A stretch of 64,000 bases of DNA. Source: an uncultured Maribacter sp. (GTDB lineage: Bacteria; Bacteroidota; Bacteroidia; Flavobacteriales; Flavobacteriaceae). The stretch lies in contig CAYGPR010000004.1 of the NCBI GenBank assembly GCA_964351985.1, positions 67,988-131,987 of the forward strand, given 5' to 3'. Below are positions 36,204 through 45,066 of this stretch, piece by piece. How positions within the stretch are numbered: position 1 is the stretch's first letter; each line of letters begins with the position of its first letter. Under the pieces are notes generated by a model, which saw only the letters and a list, made by a program, of their open reading frames with translations, searched no databases and had not been told where the DNA came from. The position numbers and the translations under genes are program-made.

Positions 36204-38672
36204 TTACTTCTTCATCAACAAAGCCGCCATCCGCTTTACACGATCTTCCCATTTTTCACTTGATAATTTTTCTCGGCTCAACCGATCCGTAATCAAAGGA
36301 AAAGCAAAAGGAGTGGCTTTTTTACATTCTTTCCAAACAATTTCTTGTGTGCCTATCCGTTCCATGGAAAGTCTCAATCGACCTTCTTCCAATTGGTGTT
36401 GAAAGGTTTCTGTAAAGGCTTGTTGAAAGAGTAGGTTTTCGGGTTCGTAGTCACGGAAAACTTCGAAGAGCAATTGTGAATTGCTCTGCAAATGTTTCAT
36501 TTTAATACCCTTGTTCGGGTAGCCCGTAAATACCATGCCGCTGATGATCGCAATATCACGGAATTTTCGTCGTGCCATTTCGGTGGCGTTCAAACTTTTT
36601 TGCAGGTCGTCCAATAAATAATCCGTGGTAAAGAGATTATTATCGAGCACTTGCTGCATATCGATAGGCTTGTCGGAGAGCAGTTCGAATCCGTAGTCAT
36701 TAAATGCTAACGAAAAAGTGATGGGCGAGAGTAGGCTAATACGATACCCCAACAAGCTGCCCATTGCCTCATGTACAAAGCGACCTTCGAAGGGATAGAA
36801 AATATGATGGTATCCATCGCGTGTTTTGAAGGTCTCAATTAAAAATTCGTTCGGTTTGGGTACAATGCTTTCCCGTCGTTGCCTTTCGAAAATATGTGCC
36901 AATGACCTGATTTCGGGGGATTGCTTTTTGGGTTCTTCATAGGATGAGTACAATTCTTCCCGTAGCAGTTTGGACATTTGTGCCGAAAGGGTAAGGCGAC
37001 TTCCCATCCAACTCGAAATTTTGTTCGTTCGTTTGGTCGAATTCCGTACATGCACTTGCATATCTTTTATCCGGATGAATTCCAAATTGCGACCGGCAAA
37101 GGTAAACACATCGCCCTCGTTCAATTTCGAAATGAAATACTCTTCGATGGAGCCGATGTAACCACCTTTTTGATAGCGAACCGTCAAGTTCACATCACCT
37201 ACTATAGTTCCTATTTGAAAGCGATGTCGCATGGCAACGCCACGGTCGTTGACCTTGAATTTTCCATCTTCCTCGACCTCTACTTTTTTGTATTCATCGT
37301 ACGATTGTAGGCTTTGACTGCCCATCACCAAGAAGTTCAAAAGCCATTGCCATTGGTCTTTGGTAAGGGTCTGGTAACAGAAAGTTTGACGGACTTCTTC
37401 GTAGAGTTCATCGGGATAAAATCCTTCGGAAATCGCTAAAGTCGTCAAATATTGTAAAAGCACATCGTAACTGTTGAGATAGGGAATGCGGTCTTCCACG
37501 GTATTTTCCTTGACCGCTTTTTGCAGCGCTGAGGCCTCTATCAGCTCAATGGCATGGGTTGGCATAAAATAGATAACACTTTCCTTACCTGGACTGTGGC
37601 CACTTCGACCTGCCCGTTGCAAAAAGCGAGCTACGCCTTTCGGACCTCCGATTTGCACTACCGTTTCTACCGGAGCAAAATCGACACCCAGATCCAAGCT
37701 TGACGTGCAGACAACAGCCTTTAGACTTTCATTACGAATCGCCTGTTCAACCCAATTTCTGGTTTCCTTATTGATGCTCCCATGGTGCATGGCGATTTCC
37801 CCGGCATATTCCGGATGTTTTTCTAATATTTTTTGAAACCAGATTTCGCATTGGCTTCTGGTATTGGTAAAAAGTAAGGTGGTTTTACTGTTGTTGATTA
37901 TAGGAACAACGTCTTCCAACAAACGTATTCCAAGATGACCTCGCCAAGGAAAGGTTTCCATTTGTTTTGGAATGATGCTTCTTACCGTAATCTTCTTTTT
38001 GATATTTGCCTTGATCATCACAGAATTCTGTAAGGCCTCTGTCTCTGGACCTAGCAAAACATCTCTTGCCTGTTCTAGATTTCCGATGGTTGCCGAAATT
38101 CCCCAGATGCGCAGTTGCTTGGAAACGGTTCTTAACCGTGACAAAGCGAGTTCCATTTGCACCCCCCTTTTGGTTCCTAAAAGCTCGTGCCATTCATCTA
38201 CTACAATGGCCGAACAGTCCTTGAAGACTTTGTCATAACCTTTACTCGCTAAAAGTAATTGCAAACTTTCCGGCGTAGTAATCAACAAATCGGGCATTAG
38301 CTTTTTCATGGCTGCCCGAGCTTTGGTAGAAGTATCCCCGGTACGGATTCCTACGGTCATTTGAGTTTCCAAATCGGCTGTGACCCGCTCAGCCGACTGC
38401 CTGATTTCTTGGGAAAGAGCCCGCAAAGGGGTGATCCAAACTGCCTTTAATCCTTTTTTATGTTTGGTTTTGTAGTGTGGATTCTTTTTAATGTAATTCA
38501 AGACAATAGGAAACCATAGCGCGTAGGTTTTTCCGCTACCTGTTGGGGCGTTTAGTAGTCCGTGTTTGCCTTGTAGAAAAGCTTTCCAAGTGTCTTTTTG
38601 GAATTTGAAGGGTTTCCAGTTCTGTTCTTGAAACCAGTTTTCGGCGATTTCGTAAAGTTGGTCTCTGTTCAT
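36204..38672 (-). CDS. Ligase-associated DEXH-box helicase (Lhr-like)
   Basis: Walker A NAPTGSGKTYA, DEXH box VVDEWHEL, and a long C-terminal Lhr-type extension. Lies 9 nt downstream of the ligase gene. Confidence 0.85.
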   Translation of the reverse strand: MNRDQLYEIAENWFQEQNWKPFKFQKDTWKAFLQGKHGLLNAPTGSGKTYALWFPIVLNYIKKNPHYKTKHKKGLKAVWITPLRALSQEIRQSAERVTADLETQMTVGIRTGDTSTKARAAMKKLMPDLLITTPESLQLLLASKGYDKVFKDCSAIVVDEWHELLGTKRGVQMELALSRLRTVSKQLRIWGISATIGNLEQARDVLLGPETEALQNSVMIKANIKKKITVRSIIPKQMETFPWRGHLGIRLLEDVVPIINNSKTTLLFTNTRSQCEIWFQKILEKHPEYAGEIAMHHGSINKETRNWVEQAIRNESLKAVVCTSSLDLGVDFAPVETVVQIGGPKGVARFLQRAGRSGHSPGKESVIYFMPTHAIELIEASALQKAVKENTVEDRIPYLNSYDVLLQYLTTLAISEGFYPDELYEEVRQTFCYQTLTKDQWQWLLNFLVMGSQSLQSYDEYKKVEVEEDGKFKVNDRGVAMRHRFQIGTIVGDVNLTVRYQKGGYIGSIEEYFISKLNEGDVFTFAGRNLEFIRIKDMQVHVRNSTKRTNKISSWMGSRLTLSAQMSKLLREELYSSYEEPKKQSPEIRSLAHIFERQRRESIVPKPNEFLIETFKTRDGYHHIFYPFEGRFVHEAMGSLLGYRISLLSPITFSLAFNDYGFELLSDKPIDMQQVLDNNLFTTDYLLDDLQKSLNATEMARRKFRDIAIISGMVFTGYPNKGIKMKHLQSNSQLLFEVFRDYEPENLLFQQAFTETFQHQLEEGRLRLSMERIGTQEIVWKECKKATPFAFPLITDRLSREKLSSEKWEDRVKRMAALLMKK

Positions 38673-38681
38673 TCAGCAGGT

Positions 38682-40316
38682 CTAAGGTATCATTTCCTTT
38701 AAATCCGAAAGGCTATTCGCTTCATGAATATTCTTGTCTTTTCTCCACCTCAACATTCTCGGAAAACGAGTTGCTACTCCACTTTTGTGCCGTTTTGATA
38801 GGGCAATTCCTTCAAAGGCGATTTCAAAAACATGCTGCGGGGTAACCGACCGTACCGGACCGAAACGTTCCAAGGTATTTTTTTTGATCCAATTATCAAC
38901 TTGTCGGAATTCGGCATCGGTCAATCCCGAATAGGCTTTGGCGAAAGTGACCAATTCTTTTTCACCTTCTTCATTCTCGTTCCAAAGTGCAAAAGTGTAA
39001 TCGGTAAAAAGATTACTTCTTCTGCCATGACCTCGCATGGCATAGGTTAAAACCGCGTCAATGGTCAAAGGGTCCACTTTCCATTTCCACCAGTCTCCTT
39101 TTTTTCTTCCTACTAAATAAGGGGAATCCTTTCTTTTGAGCATCAAGCCTTCACTATGGACATCACGTGAACGTTCGCGTTCTTTGGCGACTTCTTGCCA
39201 AGAGTTGAAATGTAGGGTTTCAGAGAGGTGAAACGGCATTTCAATATTGGTGTTCGTAGCCCCTCGACTGCGCTCGGGGTGACATACTGTTTGAAATAAA
39301 TTTTCCAGTAATTTTCGCCTTTCAAGAAATGCTAGGCTCCGGATATCTTTGCCCTTCCATTCGATTAAATCATAAGCCTTTAAAATAACTGGAACTTTTT
39401 TCAATAGTGCTTTGGAAACGGTTTTGCGCCCTATGCGGGTTTGAAGGTCGTTAAAGGTGCCGATTTGGCCTTCCGGATAAGGTAGGATTTCACCATCAAT
39501 TACTGTACCGTTCGGAATGATGCCAATGAATTCTCCGAACTCGGGATACTTGTCAGTGACCAATTCCTCCCCACGGCTCCAAACAAAAATTTCGTCGTTT
39601 CGAAGGATGACTTGCGAGCGGATTCCATCCCATTTATGCTCAGCAGACCATTCGCTGACATCTCCCAAATCATGCACTTTATCTTCAATGGCATAGGCCA
39701 AATAAAAAGGATAGGGTTTGGACAGGTAGTCACTTTCGTTTTCCTCCAAGATTAATTCTTGAAAGGTAATTTGATCGGAATCCCAATTGCCCATGAGTTT
39801 ATAGGCCAGGATATCTTCATCTATTTCAGTGGACTTGGCTAGCGCACGGGTCATCAATTTTTGACTGACCCCAATTCGGAATCCACCAGTAATTAACTTG
39901 GTGAAAACGAAACGTTCATAATAATCCAATACCTTCCAGTTTTCAAAAAGATAGGCTCGTTTTTCTTCGTCGGATTTCTTTTTGAGGGCAATCATTTCCT
40001 CCAAAAATTGGGTCAACTTTTTTTCGGTGGAAGATTTTGAGGAAGGAACTACCAAAGCGATTGTCTCGGCCAAATCGCCCACGATGTGATAACTTTCCTC
40101 AAAAAGCCATAAGGGAATGTTCGACAATTCAGACGCCCACTCACGCAGCAATGTGGTATTTACTGGCCTTGGTGGACGGCGGTGCGACAAGATGGCAATG
40201 GTCCAAACTTTGTCTTTATCGCTCGCAACAGAAAAATAATCGGCCAAGGCCTGAACTTTGACATTGGTCTTGTTAGTACTATCTAGCGTTTTTATGAGTT
40301 GTGCAAAATTCTTCAT
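38682..40316 (-). CDS. ATP-dependent DNA ligase (ligase-associated DNA damage response type)
   Basis: Adenylation motif I AEHKWDGIR (KxDG), motifs EGLMLKRKDSPY and WWKWK, and a C-terminal OB fold. Confidence 0.9.
   Translation of the reverse strand: MKNFAQLIKTLDSTNKTNVKVQALADYFSVASDKDKVWTIAILSHRRPPRPVNTTLLREWASELSNIPLWLFEESYHIVGDLAETIALVVPSSKSSTEKKLTQFLEEMIALKKKSDEEKRAYLFENWKVLDYYERFVFTKLITGGFRIGVSQKLMTRALAKSTEIDEDILAYKLMGNWDSDQITFQELILEENESDYLSKPYPFYLAYAIEDKVHDLGDVSEWSAEHKWDGIRSQVILRNDEIFVWSRGEELVTDKYPEFGEFIGIIPNGTVIDGEILPYPEGQIGTFNDLQTRIGRKTVSKALLKKVPVILKAYDLIEWKGKDIRSLAFLERRKLLENLFQTVCHPERSRGATNTNIEMPFHLSETLHFNSWQEVAKERERSRDVHSEGLMLKRKDSPYLVGRKKGDWWKWKVDPLTIDAVLTYAMRGHGRRSNLFTDYTFALWNENEEGEKELVTFAKAYSGLTDAEFRQVDNWIKKNTLERFGPVRSVTPQHVFEIAFEGIALSKRHKSGVATRFPRMLRWRKDKNIHEANSLSDLKEMIP
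39259..39283. repeat. Repeat-like GC-rich segment in frame inside the ligase gene (encodes CHPERSRGA)
   Basis: In GCCCCTCGACTGCGCTCGGGGTGAC, the 14-mer CTCGACTGCGCTCG (39263-39276) is identical to part of the intergenic palindrome arm at 57306-57319. It lies in the linker between the adenylation and OB domains. Confidence 0.45.
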
Positions 40317-40323
40317 GTATTCA

Positions 40324-40350
40324 TCATTGCGAACGTGCTACGGTAATCTG
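40324..40350 (+). repeat. Family A element variant (TCATTGCGA-acgtgctacg-GTAATCTG) 8 nt upstream of the ligase start codon
   Basis: Shares the TCATTGCGA and AATCTGTT ends with other copies. Confidence 0.6.
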
Positions 40351-40435
40351 TTAAATCCGTGTTTCGAAGTAACAGTTTGCCACGTCGCATTAAATATTTT
40401 ATACTTAACCATTTTTTTCAGCTCCTCGCAAAGAC

Positions 40436-40482
40436 GTCATTGCGAGCTTGCTTGTCGAAGGCAAAGCAAGCGCGGCAATCTG
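40436..40482 (+). repeat. Family A element: GTCATTGCGAG-[GCTTGCTT gtcgaaggc AAAGCAAGC]-GCGGCAATCTG
   Basis: Termini are identical to the metG-internal copy. Internal 8-bp stem GCTTGCTT/AAGCAAGC. Preceded by GCTCCTCGCAA, the reverse complement of TTGCGAGGAGC at 36101-36111. Confidence 0.8.
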
Positions 40483-40483
40483 T

Positions 40484-41512
40484 TTAATTTACTTCTGCCG
40501 GTTCTTCTTTGCTGGCATTTATCTCTCCCAGTTCACCTTCGTATTGCGTTTCCTCTGTTCTCGCATCATAGCCCTGTTCCCTCAAATAGCGTGAAAAAAT
40601 CTCCGTATATCCATGTGTACATATAATCTTTTCTGCTCCGGTGGCATTAATACTTTCCAGCAATCCTTGCCAATCGCAATGGTCGCTAAGCACGAAACCT
40701 TTATCGATGGCACGTCTTCTTCTTGCTCCCCGAAAGGTCATCCATCCGCTGGCGGAGGCGGTTACGTAAGGTACCATTTTACGGATCCATGTGCTGCCAT
40801 GTGCGCTTGGCGGTGCGAGTACTATATTGCCTAAGAGTTCTTGTTTTTTCGTTTCCCGTGTAATCAATGTGGTTTTTGGAAAAGCGACCAAAGGACGCAA
40901 GACTTCCGTCATGTTTTCGATAGCGCCGTGGGTGTATATTTTTCCGATATCGGTGTTCAAATGTTTTAGAAGACGCTGTGCTTTCCCTAATGAATATCCA
41001 AAAAGAATGGAAGTCTTACCCTCTGCTTTGTTCTCTGCCCACCATTGGTTTATATTTTCGAAAACTTCTTTTTGGTGCGTCCATTTGAAAGCGGGCAATC
41101 CAAAGGTGCATTCGGTAATGAACGTATGGCATTTGATGGGTTCGTAGGGAGTGGAAATTCCATCGTCCTCGGACTTATAATCCCCGGTAAAGACCCAGAC
41201 TTCTCCCTTATGCTCAACACGAATTTGTGAGGACCCGATGATGTGTCCCGCCGGATGCAGACTGAATTTGACATTGTTGATACTAAACGTTTCACCCCAT
41301 TCCCGTCCAGAAACATTAATATCTCCCAAGCGATGCGAAACGATCGGTACGTTTCTGTGATGTGTGATATATTGTTTGTGTCCCCAGCGGCTATGATCGG
41401 CATGACCATGGGAAATAATGGCCTTATCGACCGGCTTCCAGGGGTCGAGGTACACCTTGGCCGCACTACAGTAAATACCTTTGTCGGTAAATTCAAGAAG
41501 AGGATTGTTCAT
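40484..41512 (-). CDS. Ligase-associated DNA-damage-response exonuclease (metallo-beta-lactamase / beta-CASP fold)
   Basis: MBL motif ISHGHADHSRWG. About 340 aa. Sits upstream of the ligase on the same strand. Confidence 0.8.
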   Translation of the reverse strand: MNNPLLEFTDKGIYCSAAKVYLDPWKPVDKAIISHGHADHSRWGHKQYITHHRNVPIVSHRLGDINVSGREWGETFSINNVKFSLHPAGHIIGSSQIRVEHKGEVWVFTGDYKSEDDGISTPYEPIKCHTFITECTFGLPAFKWTHQKEVFENINQWWAENKAEGKTSILFGYSLGKAQRLLKHLNTDIGKIYTHGAIENMTEVLRPLVAFPKTTLITRETKKQELLGNIVLAPPSAHGSTWIRKMVPYVTASASGWMTFRGARRRRAIDKGFVLSDHCDWQGLLESINATGAEKIICTHGYTEIFSRYLREQGYDARTEETQYEGELGEINASKEEPAEVN

Positions 41513-41538
41513 AGCACGTGGAAGTTACGAATTCCGAC

Positions 41539-41546
41539 CAAAAATA
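41539..41546 (-). promoter_or_regulatory. -7 promoter box (TATTTTTG on minus strand) for the exonuclease-ligase-helicase genes
   Basis: The plus strand reads CAAAAATA, 26 nt upstream of the ATG at 41512. Confidence 0.4.
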
Positions 41547-41582
41547 AATTGTAAAGAGGGAAATATTGACCTCTAAAAAAAT

Positions 41583-41590
41583 TATATTTG
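41583..41590 (+). promoter_or_regulatory. -7 promoter box TATATTTG for the divergent TerB-like gene
   Basis: Matches TAnnTTTG, 21 nt upstream of the ATG at 41612. Confidence 0.4.
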
Positions 41591-41611
41591 CACCCGATAA
41601 AATATCAACAT

Positions 41612-42034
41612 ATGTCCGTTCGAGATCTTTACAGTAGCGATTCAGCAAACAACAACTTGGCACATTTTGGAAGTCTTGCCAGTCTGGCTGCGGTTGATGG
41701 TCATATTGCTGAAGCTGAAATGTCGGTTTTAAAACAATTTGCTCATAAACTTCAAATAACCGATGAACAGTTCAAGGAGGTTATGAAGAAAGAGAACAAA
41801 TACCCGATTGGCCATCAAGTCAGTTATGAAAAAAGGTTAGAACGTTTTTTCGACTTGATGAATATAGTTTTTGCTGATAATGAGGTGAGTGACAATGAAA
41901 TGGTACTGCTAAAACGCTATGCCATCGGACTTGGGTTTCCAAACGACAAGGCTGACAAACTCATCGAAAAGTCCGTTGCCATATTTACCGGAAAAATAGA
42001 TTTTGAGGATTTCATGTACCTGATAAAACGTTAA
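41612..42034 (+). CDS. TerB-like small protein (second paralog)
   Basis: LASLAAVDGHIAEAEMSVLKQFAHKL...VFADNEVSDNEMVLLKRYAIGLGF shows the same fold signature as 28598-28945. I prefer the ATG at 41612 over the ORF-track TTG at 41588. Confidence 0.55.
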   Translation: MSVRDLYSSDSANNNLAHFGSLASLAAVDGHIAEAEMSVLKQFAHKLQITDEQFKEVMKKENKYPIGHQVSYEKRLERFFDLMNIVFADNEVSDNEMVLLKRYAIGLGFPNDKADKLIEKSVAIFTGKIDFEDFMYLIKR

Positions 42035-42060
42035 CTGGGGCTACAATAGCTAGAAATATT

Positions 42061-42088
42061 AAAAAAGGAGGCAATTGCCTCCTTTTTT
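42061..42088. terminator. Bidirectional rho-independent terminator
   Basis: AAAAAA-GGAGGCAATTGCCTCC-TTTTTT, a perfect 16-nt palindrome flanked by A and T runs, between the convergent TerB-like and fbp genes. Confidence 0.8.
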
Positions 42089-43094
42089 AATGGTATTTGT
42101 TCAAAAATTCTTGAAGTTTCTCGACCATTTTTCGACTCCCGCAGAAAAAAGGGACACGTTGGTGCAATTCCGTGGGTTGTATGTCCATTATTCTGTTTTT
42201 TCCTCCAATGGCCAGGCCATTAGCCTGTTCCGCTAAAAACGCCATTGGGTTACATTCATAAAGTAAGCGTAGTTTACCTTCTTCCGTAATACTGCTCTTC
42301 GGATACATATAGATTCCTCCTTTGATCATGTTACGATGAAAATCAGATACTAGAGAACCAATATATCTTGAGGTGTAGGGCCGGTCATCTTCTTCCTGTT
42401 GACAATATTTGATGTAGTCTTTTACGCCTTGATGAAAGTGGATGTAATTTCCTTCGTTTACTGAATAAATTTTTCCCGTTTCGGGGAATTGCATATCCGG
42501 ATGCGATAAATAGAACGTTCCGATCGCTGGATTTAGCGTGAAACCGTTTACACCGTCTCCGGTGGTATATACCAACATCGTCGAGGTGCCGTAGACCACA
42601 TAACCCGCAGCGACCTGTTCTTTGCCCGGTTGTAGAAAATCTTCTAAAGTTACAGGAGTACCTACAGGTGTTATTCTTCTATATATTGAAAAAATAGTAC
42701 CGACCGATACGTTTACATCAACATTTGAAGAACCATCTAAGGGGTCGATGAGCACCACATACTTGTTTTGGTGATTTTCATCATTGCTGTTAATGCTGAT
42801 AAAATCATCTTCTTCTTCTGAGGCTATTCCACAAACGATTTCTCGGTTCGTAAGGGTGTTAATGAATTTTTCGTTGGCAAACACATCCAATTTTTGCTGG
42901 TCCTCACCTTGAATATTCGTATCTCCGGCCTTTCCTAAAATATCTACAAGTCCTGCTTTGTTGACCTCATGGTTGACGACTTTTGCCGCCAAACGAATCG
43001 CATTTATCAATTTAGAAAGTTCTCCCGAAGAATATTGAAAAGAATTTTGATTTTCAATAATGAACTCTCCTAGCGTTTGATTTTTCTTGGTCAT
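42087..43094 (-). CDS. fbp: Fructose-1,6-bisphosphatase class 1
   Basis: Motifs [38 protein letters not shown] and TLGEFII near the N-terminus. I prefer the ATG at 43094 over the GTG at 43121. Confidence 0.92.
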   Translation of the reverse strand: MTKKNQTLGEFIIENQNSFQYSSGELSKLINAIRLAAKVVNHEVNKAGLVDILGKAGDTNIQGEDQQKLDVFANEKFINTLTNREIVCGIASEEEDDFISINSNDENHQNKYVVLIDPLDGSSNVDVNVSVGTIFSIYRRITPVGTPVTLEDFLQPGKEQVAAGYVVYGTSTMLVYTTGDGVNGFTLNPAIGTFYLSHPDMQFPETGKIYSVNEGNYIHFHQGVKDYIKYCQQEEDDRPYTSRYIGSLVSDFHRNMIKGGIYMYPKSSITEEGKLRLLYECNPMAFLAEQANGLAIGGKNRIMDIQPTELHQRVPFFCGSRKMVEKLQEFLNKYH

Positions 43095-43181
43095 TACAAC
43101 TTGGGTTTGTGTTTTGACCACAAATATCCAATATTTTGTGATGCCATGCCATTTTCTTTTAATGTTCTCTTTTTAAATTTA

Positions 43182-43189
43182 TAACTTTG
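43182..43189 (+). promoter_or_regulatory. -7 promoter box TAACTTTG
   Basis: Matches TAnnTTTG, 19 nt upstream of the ATG at 43209. Confidence 0.4.
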
Positions 43190-43208
43190 TGTTTTATTTG
43201 TAACAATT

Positions 43209-43694
43209 ATGAATTATACCATTCGCAACGCACAGGCCGAAGATATGCCCCAGGTGCTAGGGTTGATACAGGAATTGGCTTCTTTTGAAAAAGAGGAGGA
43301 TGCCGTTGAGGTCTCGGCACAGGATTTAATCAAAGACGGATTCGGAAACCACAAATTGTTTCATTGTTTTGTGGCCGAATCGGATGATGAAATTGTGGGA
43401 ATGGCTCTAGTCTACCCTAGATATTCCACTTGGAAAGGTCCTATAATCCATCTAGAGGATTTGATCGTTACTGAAAAGATGCGGGGTAGCGGACTTGGTA
43501 CCGCGTTGTTGAACGAGGTGGTAAAATATGGTAATCAGTTGGGTGTAAAACGCATTAATTGGGAAGTCATTGATTGGAACGACCCGGCAATCGCGTTTTA
43601 TGAAAGTAAAGGGGCCAAGGTTATGCGCGATTGGGACGTGGTTCAGCTTGATGAAAAAGGAATCAAGAATTATTTGAACAATATTCAGAGTTGA
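43209..43694 (+). CDS. GNAT-family N-acetyltransferase (diamine/spermidine acetyltransferase-like)
   Basis: Acetyl-CoA binding motif MRGSGLGTALLNEVVKYG. 161 aa. Confidence 0.75.
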   Translation: MNYTIRNAQAEDMPQVLGLIQELASFEKEEDAVEVSAQDLIKDGFGNHKLFHCFVAESDDEIVGMALVYPRYSTWKGPIIHLEDLIVTEKMRGSGLGTALLNEVVKYGNQLGVKRINWEVIDWNDPAIAFYESKGAKVMRDWDVVQLDEKGIKNYLNNIQS

Positions 43695-43736
43695 CATTTC
43701 CAACTTTTGTGAATAAAGATAAAAACTATATAATTC

Positions 43737-44987
43737 ATGCGAATATTTAAATTCGGCGGCGCATCGGTCAAAGATGCTTCAGGAGTACGGAATCTAGTGA
43801 AGGTGTTGGACGAAGTTGGTTATAAAGACACTTTATTGATTGTCTCTGCAATGGGCAAGACCACGAATGCTATGGAGATTGTCGTGAATGCCTATTTTAA
43901 AGATAAACCAAATATACCTGGTGCTATTCTAGAAGTGATACAATATCACGATGCTATTTTGTTGGATTTGTTTACTGATGACAAGCACCCCATTTTCCAA
44001 AAAGTCAAAGCACTATTCGACGAGGTAAAGGGTTTTTTGGCATGGAACAAGTCTCCTAAATATAATTTCGTTTACGATCAGGTTGTCGGGTACGGTGAAT
44101 TGGTCGCCACCACCATTGTGAGCGAATACCTCAATGAAAATGGGATACGGAATACTTGGCTCGATGTCAGAAATCTTATTAAGACTGACAATAGTTATCG
44201 CGATACCACGGTGAACTGGGAAAAGACCCAAAAAAATGTCACAGAGCTTGTCGATTCGAAAAAACTGAACATTACCCAAGGCTTCCTGGGTAGCGATGAC
44301 AATAACTTCACCACGACTTTAGGTCGAGAAGGTTCGGACTACACGGCCGCCATTCTGGCTTACTGCCTTAATGCTAATTCAGTAACCATTTGGAAAGATG
44401 TCCCCGGAGTTTTAAATGCTGATCCGAGGTACTTCAAGGAGACCCAACTGCTGAACAAAATATCGTATCTAGAGGCCATTGAACTTGCCTTTTATGGAGC
44501 ATCTGTTATCCATCCGAAAACACTGCAGCCCTTACAGCAAAAAGAGATTCCTTTGCACGTAAAATCTTTCATTAATCCCAAAGACCCTGGCACAACTGTC
44601 GGTAAGGGTATCGGTATCGAACCTGAAGTACCCTGCTTTATTGTAAAGAAGAACCAAGTGCTGATGAAGTTATCGTCACTAGATTTTTCGTTCATTGTTG
44701 AAGATAGCATCAGCGAACTTTTTAAAATGCTTCATGACCATAAAATGAAGGTGGATCTGATACAGAATTCGGCCATTAGTTTTTCGGTCTGTGTCGATAA
44801 TAGATTTGGAAGGTTAGATGAGTTGTTGAGCCTTTTGAAAAGTAGGTTTAAAGTAGTGCATCATGAGGGCGTATCGTTATATACCGTTCGTCATTTTAAT
44901 GAAAAGGCCATAGAATCGCTTCTTAACGGTCATGATATTCTACTTGAACAGAGGGGTAAGGAGACTTTGCAACTAGTGGTCAAATAA
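43737..44987 (+). CDS. lysC: Aspartate kinase
   Basis: N-terminal KFGGASVKD, GREGSDYTAA, and C-terminal ACT domains. Confidence 0.9.
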   Translation: MRIFKFGGASVKDASGVRNLVKVLDEVGYKDTLLIVSAMGKTTNAMEIVVNAYFKDKPNIPGAILEVIQYHDAILLDLFTDDKHPIFQKVKALFDEVKGFLAWNKSPKYNFVYDQVVGYGELVATTIVSEYLNENGIRNTWLDVRNLIKTDNSYRDTTVNWEKTQKNVTELVDSKKLNITQGFLGSDDNNFTTTLGREGSDYTAAILAYCLNANSVTIWKDVPGVLNADPRYFKETQLLNKISYLEAIELAFYGASVIHPKTLQPLQQKEIPLHVKSFINPKDPGTTVGKGIGIEPEVPCFIVKKNQVLMKLSSLDFSFIVEDSISELFKMLHDHKMKVDLIQNSAISFSVCVDNRFGRLDELLSLLKSRFKVVHHEGVSLYTVRHFNEKAIESLLNGHDILLEQRGKETLQLVVK

Positions 44988-45066
44988 AGCCGATAAGCAA
45001 ATGTTAAAATGACCTTCGGCTCTAGCGTTTTTCCTATCTTAGCCCACATCTAATCAAACGACGTAT

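Noticed and set aside
36148-36402. 84-aa ORF (MEHQKDGLLRRKKAPHND...) and similar ORFs at 14324-14602 and 40258-40626
   Set aside because: Their 5' parts are simply translations through family A repeat elements (peptides such as RHCE.., PHND..). The remainder is antisense to real genes, so they are not genes.
44988-45040. Possible terminator after lysC (AGCCGA ... TCGGCT followed by a T-run)
   Set aside because: The stem is 6 bp with a ~21-nt loop, which is too weak to call.
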